The notes under the pieces: generated by a model
Seen by the model: the letters and a program-made list of their open reading frames with translations, nothing else
Database searches by the model: none
What the model was told of the DNA's origin: nothing
Made by a program: the position numbers and the translations under genes
Shown here: in pieces, positions 22,282-32,259 of the stretch
How positions within the stretch are numbered: the stretch's first letter is position 1
Layout of the letters: each line of letters begins with the position of its first letter
From: an uncultured Solirubrobacterales bacterium
GTDB lineage: Bacteria > Actinomycetota > Thermoleophilia > Solirubrobacterales > Solirubrobacteraceae
Assembly (NCBI GenBank): GCA_963720795.1
Contig: CAVRGU010000004.1
Span: 12,423 to 76,422 of the forward strand
Direction: 5' to 3'
Length of the DNA stretch: 64,000 nucleotides

Positions 22282-23327
22282 GGGCTGGGGGTCGGCTGGG
22301 GCAGGGGCAGCACAGCGCCCGTGGCGGTCACCGCGACGGCGAAGCGGTCGTGCAACGCCGCTTCGTCGAGCGCGTTCGCGGCGAGGGCCACGCCGGCGGG
22401 GTCGGTGCCGGTGAGGATCCATTCGGGGTCCGCTTCCCCGGAGCGAGTGGCGGCGATCAGCCCCGCGGTGCCCGTGAGCGTGCGCACGGTCGCGCCCTGC
22501 GCGTCGAGCAGCGCGATCGCGGCCCCCGAGGAGGCTACGCGCGCGTACACCCCGCTCACGCGAGGGCCGCGTTCCAGGCCCGGTGAGCTGAGGTCGGCGC
22601 GCACCTGCGGCCACGCGCCGACAAGCACACGCAGCGTGTCGGTCTCCTCCCCCGCGGGCCCCGGCGCGGCGAGCGCGAAGCGCACCCCCGCGGCCCGCAG
22701 GCGGGCGCGGACGGTGAGGCAGGCGGGGCCTTCCAGCTGCGCGCATTCCACGCGCACCGGCAGCCGCAGCCCTTCGATGCCGGACAGAAACGGCTCGGGG
22801 TAGGAGCCCACGACCGCCGGCACTTCGTCGGTCTGACCCCAGTCGTGCAGGTCCCACCACACGCGGTCCCCCGGGTGCACGTTTGTCTCGGCCGCGCCCT
22901 TGGCGGCTTGCACGCCGTTGACGTAGTAGAACCAGTCGGCCGGTTCACCGCCTTCGTAGCCGCCGGAGTGGCCGGCAACGCTCTCCACGAAGCCGCCGCC
23001 GTAGCGGGTCGTGACGGCGGCGTTGCGCTGCAGCAGGCTCATCACCGTCTCCTGGCCCACCACGCGGGGGGCGCGCAGGGCCAGCACGGACTGGGCCCCG
23101 AAGTCGCGCGTGACGTCCAGGCGCACCCCGCCGGGCGTGGGCCCCGCGCCGAGGCCGCAGCCGGCGAGCAGGACGGCGAGCGGCGCGGCGAGCCACACGC
23201 GCCACCGCCCACCACACCACGCCGCCCACCCGCCAGACGCCGACGGCCACCCACCGGCCCGCGTCCGGCCAAACCGACCGACTCGCCAGAGGCCCTTCGC
23301 ACGGACCGCGTGTCTCCTACTTGACAT
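22278..23327 (-). CDS. DUF4430 (transcobalamin beta-domain-like) lipoprotein
   Basis: Lipobox LLAGC; TRYGGGFVESVAG..DWFYYVNG..GA..VHPGDRVWWD; true start probably downstream of 23327. Confidence 0.8.
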   Translation of the reverse strand: MSSRRHAVRAKGLWRVGRFGRTRAGGWPSASGGWAAWCGGRWRVWLAAPLAVLLAGCGLGAGPTPGGVRLDVTRDFGAQSVLALRAPRVVGQETVMSLLQRNAAVTTRYGGGFVESVAGHSGGYEGGEPADWFYYVNGVQAAKGAAETNVHPGDRVWWDLHDWGQTDEVPAVVGSYPEPFLSGIEGLRLPVRVECAQLEGPACLTVRARLRAAGVRFALAAPGPAGEETDTLRVLVGAWPQVRADLSSPGLERGPRVSGVYARVASSGAAIALLDAQGATVRTLTGTAGLIAATRSGEADPEWILTGTDPAGVALAANALDEAALHDRFAVAVTATGAVLPLPQPTPSP

Positions 23328-24582
23328 AGAAGACGACGTGGCTCACTCCGTCCGCGAGCTGGGTGGCGTGACCCGCATCGTCGACGGCCTCGACGTCGTA
23401 CACGTACCGACCCGCGGGCAGCCGGGCCGGGAGCAGGTAGCTGAACGAGGTCGTGTCGGCCACGTCGAAGAAGCGTGTCGTGTGGCAGCCGGCACGTACG
23501 AATGCTGCCCGGCGCCCGCTGAAGGCGAAGCAGCGGTGGTGGACAGTGCGCGAAAGCGCGATGCGCACCTCGCGAAGCGTGTCCCCAGCGGGCACTTCGA
23601 CGCTTCCCGCCAGAATGCGGGGAGCCGCACGACGGGAGTAGACGCGGCCGCTCACGACTCCGCCCGCGCGGGCGGCCTCTGGCCGAGGCGCCCTTAGAGG
23701 ACCTTCACCGCACGTGGGGGACGCTGCCGGACATACGGTGGTACCGCAGCCAGACGCCGCCGGGCAAGAGGAGCAGATTGACGGCGTCGCACACCCGACC
23801 AGGGTGGTTCCGCAGGTGCCGTCGTTGCCGTTGTGGACGCAGACGTTCGTCTCGGTGCGAACCGAGTCTGGCGCGTTCACCTGCACCGTCGTCTCGCCGG
23901 CGTGGGAGAACGTCAGGGTCGCCCGCCCGTGAGCTTCGGTCAGCGCGCCCGCGCCGCCGCCGACGACGCTTGCGCCAGAGACTTCTGAGGCAGCACCTGC
24001 GGAGGTGTACCGCCGGACGGTGACCTGGATCGGTTCACCGACGTTGACGCTGGGGGGCGCTTCGGCCTCGAGCGGCAGAGGGGCCGGCGTCGGACACTGT
24101 TCTCCGTAGCAGCTGGGGAAGAACAGGACCCGGTCCCCAGGATTCAGCTGGGCCTCGCAAGCGCCCACTTCGGCTTCCTTGTCATTGAGCCAGAACGACC
24201 AGAAGTAGTTCGCCTTCGACCCTTCTTCGAATTCGTGAGTCTCGCCGTCGATCCCGTAAATCGAGTACTGCTTGAATTTGGTACTCCACGGCCCGCTCCA
24301 GTTGCCGGCGCTGGCGAGTTGAAGCGCACCTAGAGCACTGGTGATGCTGCAGGCGTCTTCCGAGTTGCCATCGTTGACGACGGCAGGCCCCGAGAGCGTG
24401 ACCTGGGTCGGGGGGATCAGCGTCGCGTTGATCCCCTCAACCCTCACTGTGACGGTGGGAGCTTCCCCGGCAAGCGCACTTTGGGCGAAGACACCCCCGG
24501 CGAGCGCAAAGAGGAGCAAGGCGACCGCCCAGAGCGCGAGCGAGTTCTTCGAGACTGAGTCGTTACGGCGTACGTGACGCAT
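23317..24582 (-). CDS. Secreted DUF4430-like protein with Cys-rich linker
   Basis: Signal peptide; VTVRVEG, IYGIDGE..FWSFWLND..GACEAQLNPGDRVLF; first gene after riboswitch. Confidence 0.7.
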   Translation of the reverse strand: MRHVRRNDSVSKNSLALWAVALLLFALAGGVFAQSALAGEAPTVTVRVEGINATLIPPTQVTLSGPAVVNDGNSEDACSITSALGALQLASAGNWSGPWSTKFKQYSIYGIDGETHEFEEGSKANYFWSFWLNDKEAEVGACEAQLNPGDRVLFFPSCYGEQCPTPAPLPLEAEAPPSVNVGEPIQVTVRRYTSAGAASEVSGASVVGGGAGALTEAHGRATLTFSHAGETTVQVNAPDSVRTETNVCVHNGNDGTCGTTLVGCATPSICSSCPAASGCGTTVCPAASPTCGEGPLRAPRPEAARAGGVVSGRVYSRRAAPRILAGSVEVPAGDTLREVRIALSRTVHHRCFAFSGRRAAFVRAGCHTTRFFDVADTTSFSYLLPARLPAGRYVYDVEAVDDAGHATQLADGVSHVVFYVK

Positions 24583-24623
24583 GGAGCCAACCCCTTTCCA
24601 CGAGGGCTTGTGGGCTTGCGGCC

Positions 24624-24785
24624 GGAGGCAGGTCTCCTGGCTCCCGGGCCTACCCCTCACGCCTTCCCGATAGCCGTCGGCCGATCAGTGGCTCGCGCTC
24701 TGACACGCGCAGCGGGGGCACCCCCGGTCACAGTGGCGGGTCCGCGCCGGACTCTCACCGGCTTCCCTCGACCACCGACCGTATG
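24624..24785 (-). ncRNA. Cobalamin riboswitch
   Basis: Minus strand AGGGAAGCCGGTGAGAGTCCGGCGCGGACCCGCCACTGTGA...GCCACTG...GGGAAGGC...GAGCCAGGAGACCTGCC. Confidence 0.95.
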
Positions 24786-24910
24786 TACGGAGGATGTTAC
24801 TGCCAGCCGCGACGGAACGCCAGCAGCCGACGGACACCGCCCTGCCCGCGCCCTCCGCATGGACGCGGAGCAGTGATGCCACTCACGATAGTCGCTCGTT
24901 CGTGAGTCGT

Positions 24911-24933
24911 TAGTCGTTTTAATCGACTATTAT
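24911..24933 (+). promoter_or_regulatory. Inverted repeat TAGTCG-N7-CGACTA overlapping a TATTAT -10 box
   Basis: AT-rich patch; -10-like hexamer ends 6 nt before ATG 24940 (leaderless-type); extra half-sites at 24889 and 24946. Confidence 0.45.
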
Positions 24934-24939
24934 AGGTGC

Positions 24940-25830
24940 ATGGATCGACTAAGCGAGTTACTGCCGGTGGGGTGGCCGCTCCGCGAGGCTCAACAGATAG
25001 GGCGTACCGGCGCGATCGACTCCCTGGAGGGCCGGCTACGCTCAGGTCACGTCGTGAAGATGCTCGAGCCACGGCGGGTGGGCAAGACCAGTGTCGCGCA
25101 CGCGGCACTCGAGCGAATCAGGTTGACCGGCGGGGCGGTTGCAGAGGTGAACCTCGCGGCTCGCACCGGCCCCGAGGATGCCGCGAAGGATCTGGCGGCC
25201 CAACTGGCCCGCGGCGTTGTGCGGGCTCGCAGGCGTATCGGTGGCTTTGTCTCCGGCTTGCGCCGAGCGGATGCCGGGGAGGCGGTCGGCGAGAAGGGCG
25301 ACTTCGCGCTACGGGTAGCCGAGGAGTTGCTGAGCGGGAACGCCAGCCCTGCCGTGGTGATCGAGCGTGCGGCTGCCCACGTGCAGGACGGCGTGACAGC
25401 CGTGCTGCTCGACGAGGCACACACGCTGGCGGCGTGGCCGGAGTCCATCCGCATGGCGATGGGCGCGGTGCTGAAGGACAACCACTCGCTGGGCGTGGTC
25501 GTCGCCTCCAGCGAACGTCGCGCGTTGGAGCAGTTGACGGCCCAGGGGGGTCCCTTGCGCTATGTCGGTGCGCGGTTCGATCTGCCGGCGATCGCGCATG
25601 AGGACTGGCAGGTTGGTCTGCGGGAGCGCTTCGCGGAGCTGGGCGCCCCCATCACCGCGGCTGCCCTTGGGCTTCTGCTGGACCAGTCGCGCGGGCACCC
25701 CTACTGCACGATGCTGCTCGCCCACGAGTCCGGGCGGTTGGGTATGGATCTTGGGGAGGTGAACGAGGCGGTCGTTCAGGCCGCACTCGTGACCACCCGG
25801 CGAGATGAGGCATGGCGGGAGTTGCTGTGA
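24940..25830 (+). CDS. P-loop ATPase (archaeal-ATPase/STAND-like)
   Basis: Walker A EPRRVGKTS, Walker B VLLDEAH, GHPY motif. Confidence 0.8.
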   Translation: MDRLSELLPVGWPLREAQQIGRTGAIDSLEGRLRSGHVVKMLEPRRVGKTSVAHAALERIRLTGGAVAEVNLAARTGPEDAAKDLAAQLARGVVRARRRIGGFVSGLRRADAGEAVGEKGDFALRVAEELLSGNASPAVVIERAAAHVQDGVTAVLLDEAHTLAAWPESIRMAMGAVLKDNHSLGVVVASSERRALEQLTAQGGPLRYVGARFDLPAIAHEDWQVGLRERFAELGAPITAAALGLLLDQSRGHPYCTMLLAHESGRLGMDLGEVNEAVVQAALVTTRRDEAWRELL

Positions 25831-26882
25831 GCGCCCTGGAGCCCCAGGATGTCTATGAGCCCGAACTGCTCCCGACGATCGAGGGCAGGCTGCGCGAGCG
25901 ACCGGTGCTGCTGGTTGGGCCAGTCGGGAGCGGGTCGCACGCACTCGCGCTAGCGCTCGCTCGGCGAGCCGCCGTGAACGTGGTGCTCGACCCCGGCGCG
26001 GCAGGCGGTGCTTATGAGCCGCTCGTGGCCGACGCTCTGCGTCAGATCGTGACGGTGCTCATCGCGCCGCTGGAGGTTGCTCGGCTGACGGAGGACAGCG
26101 GGCGCGCAGCACAGGCGCGAGTGCTCGTGGCAAACCGCTTCGGGCCAGACACCGAGGAGGTCATAGCGATCAGCCAGGGAGCTTCGGCGAGTGAGTGGCA
26201 CCTGGAACGGGCGCTATCGCTGGGAGCGCTGCCGGAGGACTCCCGGGTGGTCGTCCTCGAAGCTCATCGCCTCAGACCAGAGTCTGTCCTGTGGGAGCTG
26301 CGCCAGATCGCCAACGAGGCGCCATTTCAGATCCTGCTAAGCACACGCCCGGCGCACGCGGTGAAGCTCACCGGCCCGGAGGGCGCCGTGTTTGGCAATG
26401 TCTGGACGGTCGAGTTGCCTCGTCCCTCAGCAGCACAGTGGGCGAATGTGCTAGCCGAGCACGACCGTCCTCTGCATCCCGACGATCTCGAATGGCTGCT
26501 GGAGCGTACACGCGGCCGTCCAGCCACCACGATCGCCGTTCTCGAGAGTAAGGAGAAGCTGATCTCGATCAGGACCGCGTGGCATCGAGCTGTTCGAGCG
26601 AACACGGCGCGTGCCGAAGATGTTCGACGTCTCGCCGGCGCGCTGCACCCCTACGCCTCGCGGCTCCTGCAGGCGATCGCTCTGGGCGAGCCTCCTTACA
26701 GCGCGATCAAGGGCGCGCCCTCCCAGGCGGTCGCGCGGGTGCTGGCTCGTCTACGTGACCTCGACCTGATCGAACAGCCGCGGCCTCGGCAGTGGGAGAT
26801 CGCGGACCCGTTGCTGTCTGCCGCGCTCGCGCTGGGCGCCCTCGCAGAGCCAAGGACCACCGAAATCAATACGGTGATGTAG
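25827..26882 (+). CDS. Degenerate P-loop ATPase-like protein with C-terminal winged helix
   Basis: GTGA overlap with upstream gene; GPVGSGSH (no Lys), VVVLEAH, GRP; C-term AVARVLARLRDLDLIEQ..WEIADPLL. Confidence 0.6.
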   Translation: MSALEPQDVYEPELLPTIEGRLRERPVLLVGPVGSGSHALALALARRAAVNVVLDPGAAGGAYEPLVADALRQIVTVLIAPLEVARLTEDSGRAAQARVLVANRFGPDTEEVIAISQGASASEWHLERALSLGALPEDSRVVVLEAHRLRPESVLWELRQIANEAPFQILLSTRPAHAVKLTGPEGAVFGNVWTVELPRPSAAQWANVLAEHDRPLHPDDLEWLLERTRGRPATTIAVLESKEKLISIRTAWHRAVRANTARAEDVRRLAGALHPYASRLLQAIALGEPPYSAIKGAPSQAVARVLARLRDLDLIEQPRPRQWEIADPLLSAALALGALAEPRTTEINTVM

Positions 26883-26903
26883 ACGGCTTCGCGCAACGCG
26901 CCG

Positions 26904-28148
26904 CTACGACCCGACGGCGTCCAGCTCGCTGTCCACGTCGCCCAGCGCGGCGCGGGCGGCGGCGTCGAGCTTGGTGTGCTCCGCCATCAGCCGGCGGGCG
27001 TGGTCGAGATCGCCCGAGCGGCCCACGGTCAGCGCGGCGACGAGGCGGGCGTCCTTCACGTACCACGTGGTGAAGCTGCCCTCCCCCATCGAGCCGCGCA
27101 CGATCTCCTCATTCCACTCCCGCGCCGGGCCCACGTACTCGAGTTCCGCCCAGTCGCCGAGCACCGAGAAAAAGTAGGGCACCGTCTCGTGGGGGACGTC
27201 GCGGCCGAGCATGTTCAGCGCCGCGGTCTTGCCGTGGTTGAACGCGACGTCCCAGTGCTCGATCCGCAGTGGACCGCCGTGCAGCGGGGAGTCGTACTCG
27301 CAGATGTCCCCCGCCGCGTACACCCCGGGGGCTGAGCTCTGCAGGCGTGAGGAGCAGCTCACTCCCCCACCCTGGCCCATGTCGAGGCCGGCGCCGCGCG
27401 CGAGCTGCACGTCGGGGGTCACCCCCGCGCCGATCACCACCGCTTCGGCGGGGAGCTCCAGGCCGCCCTTGGTGACGACCTTCGCCACCCGGCCCTCGCC
27501 CTCGAAGCGCTCCAGCTCGTCGTGCCCGTGGATCGTGACGCCGTGCGCTTGCAGCAGCTCCTGGAAGAAGCGCCCGGCCGTGGGGCCAAAGCCACGTTCG
27601 AGCGTGAGCTCCTCCTGCATGACAATCGTGCACCGCTTGCCCACCATCGTCAGTGAGGCGGCGACCTCGCAGCCGATGTAGGAGCCGCCGATCAGCACCA
27701 CGTGTTCGGCATCCGCGACGCCCGCGCGGATCGCGTCAGCGTTGCCGAGCGTGCGCAGGTAGTGGATCTGCTCCAGCTCGCACCCCGGCACGTTCAGCCG
27801 CCGCACGTTCGCGCCCGTCGCGAGCAGCGCCTGGCCCCACTCGAGCTCCTGCTTGGTCGAGAGCTTGGCGGTGCGCGCCCCGGCGTCGAGGGCGGTGACG
27901 CTCGTGCGGGTCAGCAGCTCCACCTCCTGCTCGGACCACCACTCCTGCGGGCGGAAATACGCCTCGCTGCGCTCCTCGGCGCCGCGCAGATACCCCTTCG
28001 AGCAGTTCGGGCGGTTGTACGGTGGGTCGGGCTCGCGCCCCACGACCACGACGCTCCCCTCCGCGCCCTCCTCGCGCAGCCACCGTGCGCAGTTGGCGCT
28101 CGCGAGCCCTCCTCCGATCAGCAGGTAGTCGACCTTGCGGGCAGCCAT
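26904..28148 (-). CDS. FAD/NAD-dependent ferredoxin reductase-like oxidoreductase
   Basis: IGGGLAS, PYNRPNCSK, LLATG, IGGSYIGCE, YAAGD, RIEHW, VPYFFS. Confidence 0.92.
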   Translation of the reverse strand: MAARKVDYLLIGGGLASANCARWLREEGAEGSVVVVGREPDPPYNRPNCSKGYLRGAEERSEAYFRPQEWWSEQEVELLTRTSVTALDAGARTAKLSTKQELEWGQALLATGANVRRLNVPGCELEQIHYLRTLGNADAIRAGVADAEHVVLIGGSYIGCEVAASLTMVGKRCTIVMQEELTLERGFGPTAGRFFQELLQAHGVTIHGHDELERFEGEGRVAKVVTKGGLELPAEAVVIGAGVTPDVQLARGAGLDMGQGGGVSCSSRLQSSAPGVYAAGDICEYDSPLHGGPLRIEHWDVAFNHGKTAALNMLGRDVPHETVPYFFSVLGDWAELEYVGPAREWNEEIVRGSMGEGSFTTWYVKDARLVAALTVGRSGDLDHARRLMAEHTKLDAAARAALGDVDSELDAVGS

Positions 28149-28333
28149 ACCGGTCAGCGTTGGCCAGTATCGCCGTCGTGGTAGAGAAGCCACGCCTCGC
28201 GCAGCGCCTCGTCTAGTTCCTCGCGCGTATCACCGCTCGCGAACAACCCAGGACAGCTGGGAAGCTCAGCCCAGAAAGAGCCGTCTTCCGGGTGCACGAT
28301 TGCCTGTATGAGAGTTGACTCCACTGGACTTCA

Positions 28334-29434
28334 TCATAACCCCGGCGGGTGGCGCACCGACCAGTGCGCCCATTCGGGGATGTGGTCGAGGATCCGCCAG
28401 CGAGGTCCGTCTTCGTAGCGGTTGGGCCCGACGTCGGTGCCGTTGTGGCTGGTGTCCAGGCGCAGGCCCGCAATCACGATGAAGACGTGGGCGGTGGGCG
28501 TGTCGGTGGCGTAGATCGTCACCCAATGACCCGGGCCCGCCCGGCCCCAGTCGACGTAATCCTGGGCGAGGGGGTTGTCCCTGACGATTTCCGCCAGCGG
28601 GCGCACCCCTGCGCGGTAGAGCACGTAGTTGACCGTGCTCGAGCAGTCCTCGCTCGTGGCGCCCGCCGGGTCGGGGTGCCCGGTGGGGCCGTAGGGGAGG
28701 TCCTGCAGCTCGTTGCCGGCCACCACCATCGCCTGCACCGTCGGCGGCGTGGCCTCGGGGATCAGCGCGACGTGACCGTTCTGGGGGGAGAGCACAGCCT
28801 GTTCGCCGGGGATCGTCTCGACCGGCGCGGCGCTCGCACGACCGACGTCGCTGACATCGTTGACCTCGGAGCCTGGAGGGCCTCTGTATATCGCCGCCCA
28901 CCGCTGCACCTCGGCGACGTACCACCACGCGTGGTTGTACGCGTAGATCGCCTCGCGGTAGTTGCCCGGGGCGCCCGAGGCGCGCAGGTAGTTGGCGGCC
29001 CCGTAGATCGCGTCGGCCGGACTCCACCGGTCGGGCGGGCCGTTGCCTTCGGCGTCCACGCCGTACTGTGCCCACGTCGAAGCGAGGAACTGCATCGGCC
29101 CCCCGGCACCCGCCGAGTTGACCGCACCCTCCTGTGTGCACGACGGGTCGGGGTCACGCCCGTGGTCGCACTCGACCTTGCCAATGCCGGCGAGGATGGC
29201 CCAGTCGAGGCCGTAGCGAGCGGCGGCCTGGAGGTAGAGACGTAGATACTCCGGTGGGATTTCGGCACGCGCTTGGGCGGATACCCCGTACCCCCCGGCG
29301 CCTTCGACGCCGACCCCGCCGGCGAGCGCCGTCGGCTGCGCGCCGCTCGTGACGGCGACACTCGCCGCGCCGAGCGCGAGCGCCGCCGCGAGCGGGGCGA
29401 GGACGGCGAGCGCCGCGAGTGCCGGTCCTTTCAT
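28334..29434 (-). CDS. Bifunctional lytic transglycosylase + NlpC/P60-like hydrolase (CwlT/VirB1-like)
   Basis: WAILAGIGKVECDHG, NSAGAGGPMQF, AYNH; C-terminal EDCSS..HVF. Confidence 0.8.
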   Translation of the reverse strand: MKGPALAALAVLAPLAAALALGAASVAVTSGAQPTALAGGVGVEGAGGYGVSAQARAEIPPEYLRLYLQAAARYGLDWAILAGIGKVECDHGRDPDPSCTQEGAVNSAGAGGPMQFLASTWAQYGVDAEGNGPPDRWSPADAIYGAANYLRASGAPGNYREAIYAYNHAWWYVAEVQRWAAIYRGPPGSEVNDVSDVGRASAAPVETIPGEQAVLSPQNGHVALIPEATPPTVQAMVVAGNELQDLPYGPTGHPDPAGATSEDCSSTVNYVLYRAGVRPLAEIVRDNPLAQDYVDWGRAGPGHWVTIYATDTPTAHVFIVIAGLRLDTSHNGTDVGPNRYEDGPRWRILDHIPEWAHWSVRHPPGL

Positions 29435-32259
29435 CCGCCCCCCAGTTGGCGTTTGCGCCGCCGGGCGACCTCGTGGGCGTCGCGCAGCACCGGGGACTCG
29501 TGTCCGCCGTGCTCCTGTCCGCCGTGCCCCTGTCCGCCACCGGCCGCGTGCTCCGGCGGGTCGCGCCTGCGCGGGTGTCTGCGCGCGTCGTGCGAGCTCC
29601 CCTCGCGCGGGGCACCCTCGCGCGGACCCTGGGGGTGGGCGGGTCGAGGCGGGTGTCCTGCGACCGATCGGAGATCGGCCAGCGACCGCGGCGGGGAGTG
29701 GCCGCTCTGGCGCAGGCGCTCCTCGAGTGCGCGGTCGAAGTCCTTGCCCGCCCGGCGGCGCTCGCGGCGACCCGGCGCGGGCTCTCCGGCCGCCGTCACG
29801 GCTCTCGCAGCGCCGCTCAGCTCCCGGCGCAGCGCGAGCTCGCGGTCGATCTCCAGGCGCGCTTCGCGCTGCGGGCGGGGGGCGAGTCCTTCGTACTGCT
29901 CGCGGTTGTAGCCGGCGAGGCTCGCGAGCCCCGCGTAGTCACGGGCTGGGCCGCTCTGCGAGTGGTCTCCCTCGTGGCGGCCGCGCGCGCCGGCTCGACC
30001 CCGCGCGTCGGTCGCGGCCGGCAGCGCCGCTTGAGCGTCGAGCCACTCGTTGCGCTCACGCGCCTGCTCGGGGGTGTAGACGCGGCCGGTGCGCCGCTGC
30101 GCGCGCTCGCCCTCGTCGGCGGTGCGCCGCGCGTCGTTCAGCGCGAGCTGTCCGCGCTGCACCCCGCCCTCGACGCGCTGCGCGCGGACGTCCAGTTCGG
30201 CGACCTTGCGGGTGTCGCCGGCGGCCACCGCCTGCTCGCGCGCGCCTTGCACCCGCTGCAACTGGGTGCGTTTGGCGGAGAGCTCGCTCTGGCGCTCGGG
30301 GGTGGCCACCGCGTGCGCACTCGCCGCCGCGTGCTCGCGCTCGAGCATCCGTTCCACCTGCTCGTTCGCGGCGGCCTGGACCCGCTGGCGGCCGATGCGC
30401 TCGAGCGTCCGCCTGCGCTCGACGCTTGGAGCGGGACGGGACAGCTTGCCGCGCGCCCACTGCGCTGTGCGCCACGCGGCGCGGGGTCCCTCCAGCTGCC
30501 GCTTGACGAGCTGTGTGAACGAGCGCTGGTGGGCGCTCTGCCCGCGGTGCTCGCCCGCGATGAAACCGAGCGTGCGGTGGCGCTGGCGGTAGGCGCTCCA
30601 CCACAGCACCGTGAGCAGCAGCCACCGCGTCCACCACCCGAACGCTTCGAGCTCCACCAGAGTGCGCGTCAGCAGCAGCACCACCCCCAACAGGAACGAG
30701 AAGACGAGCTTTGAGCAGACCGCGCCCACCAGCCGCGTCCCCCACGTCCGAAACGCCGCGCGGCCGCCGTCGCCGAGCGCGGGGGCGATCACCGCTGCGG
30801 GCGCGAGGAGCAGGTAGAGCAGGCTGAGCACCTCTGCCCCCAGCAGGTGCAGCACGATGAAGCCGAGCAACAGCACCGCCCCCGTGGCGCCAACGGCGAT
30901 CAGCACGAGGCCCGCGACCCGGGGGCCAGTGCCGCTCTGGGTGCGGAACTCCGCCTGCGCCGCTGTCGGCCCGCGGCAGTCGGTGGCGTCTTCGCTGCCC
31001 CCGCACAGGACGCTCAGCAGCGTGCCGGAGCTCTCGACCGAGTTGCGCGCCGGCCCGTTGGCGGGCAGCGCTAGAAAGACTTCGCCGTTGGTGCGAGCCG
31101 CGCGCAGCAGCGTGGCGCTCTGTGCGAGCGCCTGCGGGGACTCTCCCACCAGCAGCCGGCACAGCGCCGTCAAGGCTTCGCTGCTCGCGCAGTGCGCTCC
31201 CTGCGCAATCCCGGCGATCACCAGGCCGGAGACGCGCAGCCGCGGCTCCAGGCGCGCGGGGTCCTCGCACCAACCGACGTTGCCGAACTCCAGGTAGCAC
31301 CACGGCGCGCCCACGATCGCCGCGAACAGCCCGCCCGCGCTCTGCGCGAGCGTCCGCGGCGCGTGGGCGGGAGTCCCGTCCACGACCGCCCCGAGCGTGC
31401 CCGCGCTGGCCTCGTCGACCCACCGGCCGAGCGCGCCGACGGTACCGGCCGGGTCGGCGATCGTCCACAGGCCGCCCGCCATCATCGCGAGCATCACCGC
31501 CGCCTGCCCCAGCGTCTCGGCGACGCGGCGGCGCACGAGCCCGTTGTAGGCGGCCGCCAGCGCCGCCACCGCCAGGGCGAGCACCAGCCACGGCCCGGTG
31601 AACGACGCCTGCGTCTGGCGCAGCGCCCGCTCCACGGCGCTCATCGCGGAGCTGTCGAGCAGATCCAGGGTAAAGCACCACTCCAGCGCCACGACCACGG
31701 TATGCACGACCCACACGAGCCCCATCCACGCCGGCTCGACCACGTCGTCCTCTAGCAGCGTCTGGCTGGTGACACCAAGCAGCCCGGTGTCGATGTGCAC
31801 GTCCAGCCCGTAGTTCCCCGTCGGCGCGCCGGCCGCCTCGAAGCCGGAGGTCGCGCAGTTGCGTTGGCTCGCGGGCGCCAGTTCGACCGCCTCGCCGCAC
31901 AGCGGACTGCCGAGCCCGTTTTCCACGAGCGGGTCGCCGCCGCTGGCGGGCGCCGAGGCCGCCGCGTCGCCTTCGGTGGTCCCCACTCCCGCCACCTGGC
32001 CGCCGGAGGTCGGTGCGACGAGCGGCGGTCCGCTGGGCGCGCGGGGCGAGGTGCCGGCTGCCGGGGCCACGGCCCGAGCCGCGGTCGCTGGGCACGGAGG
32101 CCCGGCGCGCACCCGCCCGGGCGTGAGACCACCCGCGTGGACGATCCCCCCCTTACACCCCCCAGATGCTGGCCCCGCCTGCAAACCGGCGGCGTTCGCC
32201 GTGGGGGTGACGGCTCCGCACAAGAGCGCGGCGGCCACGGCGAGCGCGAGGGTTCTCAC
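29431..32259 (-). CDS. Polytopic membrane protein with long charged coiled-coil tail (VirB6/TcpH/ConG-like)
   Basis: GTG 32259 overlaps ATPase stop; signal peptide, multiple TM segments, PWCYLEFG, Arg/Glu-rich C-terminus; position between VirB4-like ATPase and hydrolase. Confidence 0.65.
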   Translation of the reverse strand: MRTLALAVAAALLCGAVTPTANAAGLQAGPASGGCKGGIVHAGGLTPGRVRAGPPCPATAARAVAPAAGTSPRAPSGPPLVAPTSGGQVAGVGTTEGDAAASAPASGGDPLVENGLGSPLCGEAVELAPASQRNCATSGFEAAGAPTGNYGLDVHIDTGLLGVTSQTLLEDDVVEPAWMGLVWVVHTVVVALEWCFTLDLLDSSAMSAVERALRQTQASFTGPWLVLALAVAALAAAYNGLVRRRVAETLGQAAVMLAMMAGGLWTIADPAGTVGALGRWVDEASAGTLGAVVDGTPAHAPRTLAQSAGGLFAAIVGAPWCYLEFGNVGWCEDPARLEPRLRVSGLVIAGIAQGAHCASSEALTALCRLLVGESPQALAQSATLLRAARTNGEVFLALPANGPARNSVESSGTLLSVLCGGSEDATDCRGPTAAQAEFRTQSGTGPRVAGLVLIAVGATGAVLLLGFIVLHLLGAEVLSLLYLLLAPAAVIAPALGDGGRAAFRTWGTRLVGAVCSKLVFSFLLGVVLLLTRTLVELEAFGWWTRWLLLTVLWWSAYRQRHRTLGFIAGEHRGQSAHQRSFTQLVKRQLEGPRAAWRTAQWARGKLSRPAPSVERRRTLERIGRQRVQAAANEQVERMLEREHAAASAHAVATPERQSELSAKRTQLQRVQGAREQAVAAGDTRKVAELDVRAQRVEGGVQRGQLALNDARRTADEGERAQRRTGRVYTPEQARERNEWLDAQAALPAATDARGRAGARGRHEGDHSQSGPARDYAGLASLAGYNREQYEGLAPRPQREARLEIDRELALRRELSGAARAVTAAGEPAPGRRERRRAGKDFDRALEERLRQSGHSPPRSLADLRSVAGHPPRPAHPQGPREGAPREGSSHDARRHPRRRDPPEHAAGGGQGHGGQEHGGHESPVLRDAHEVARRRKRQLGGG

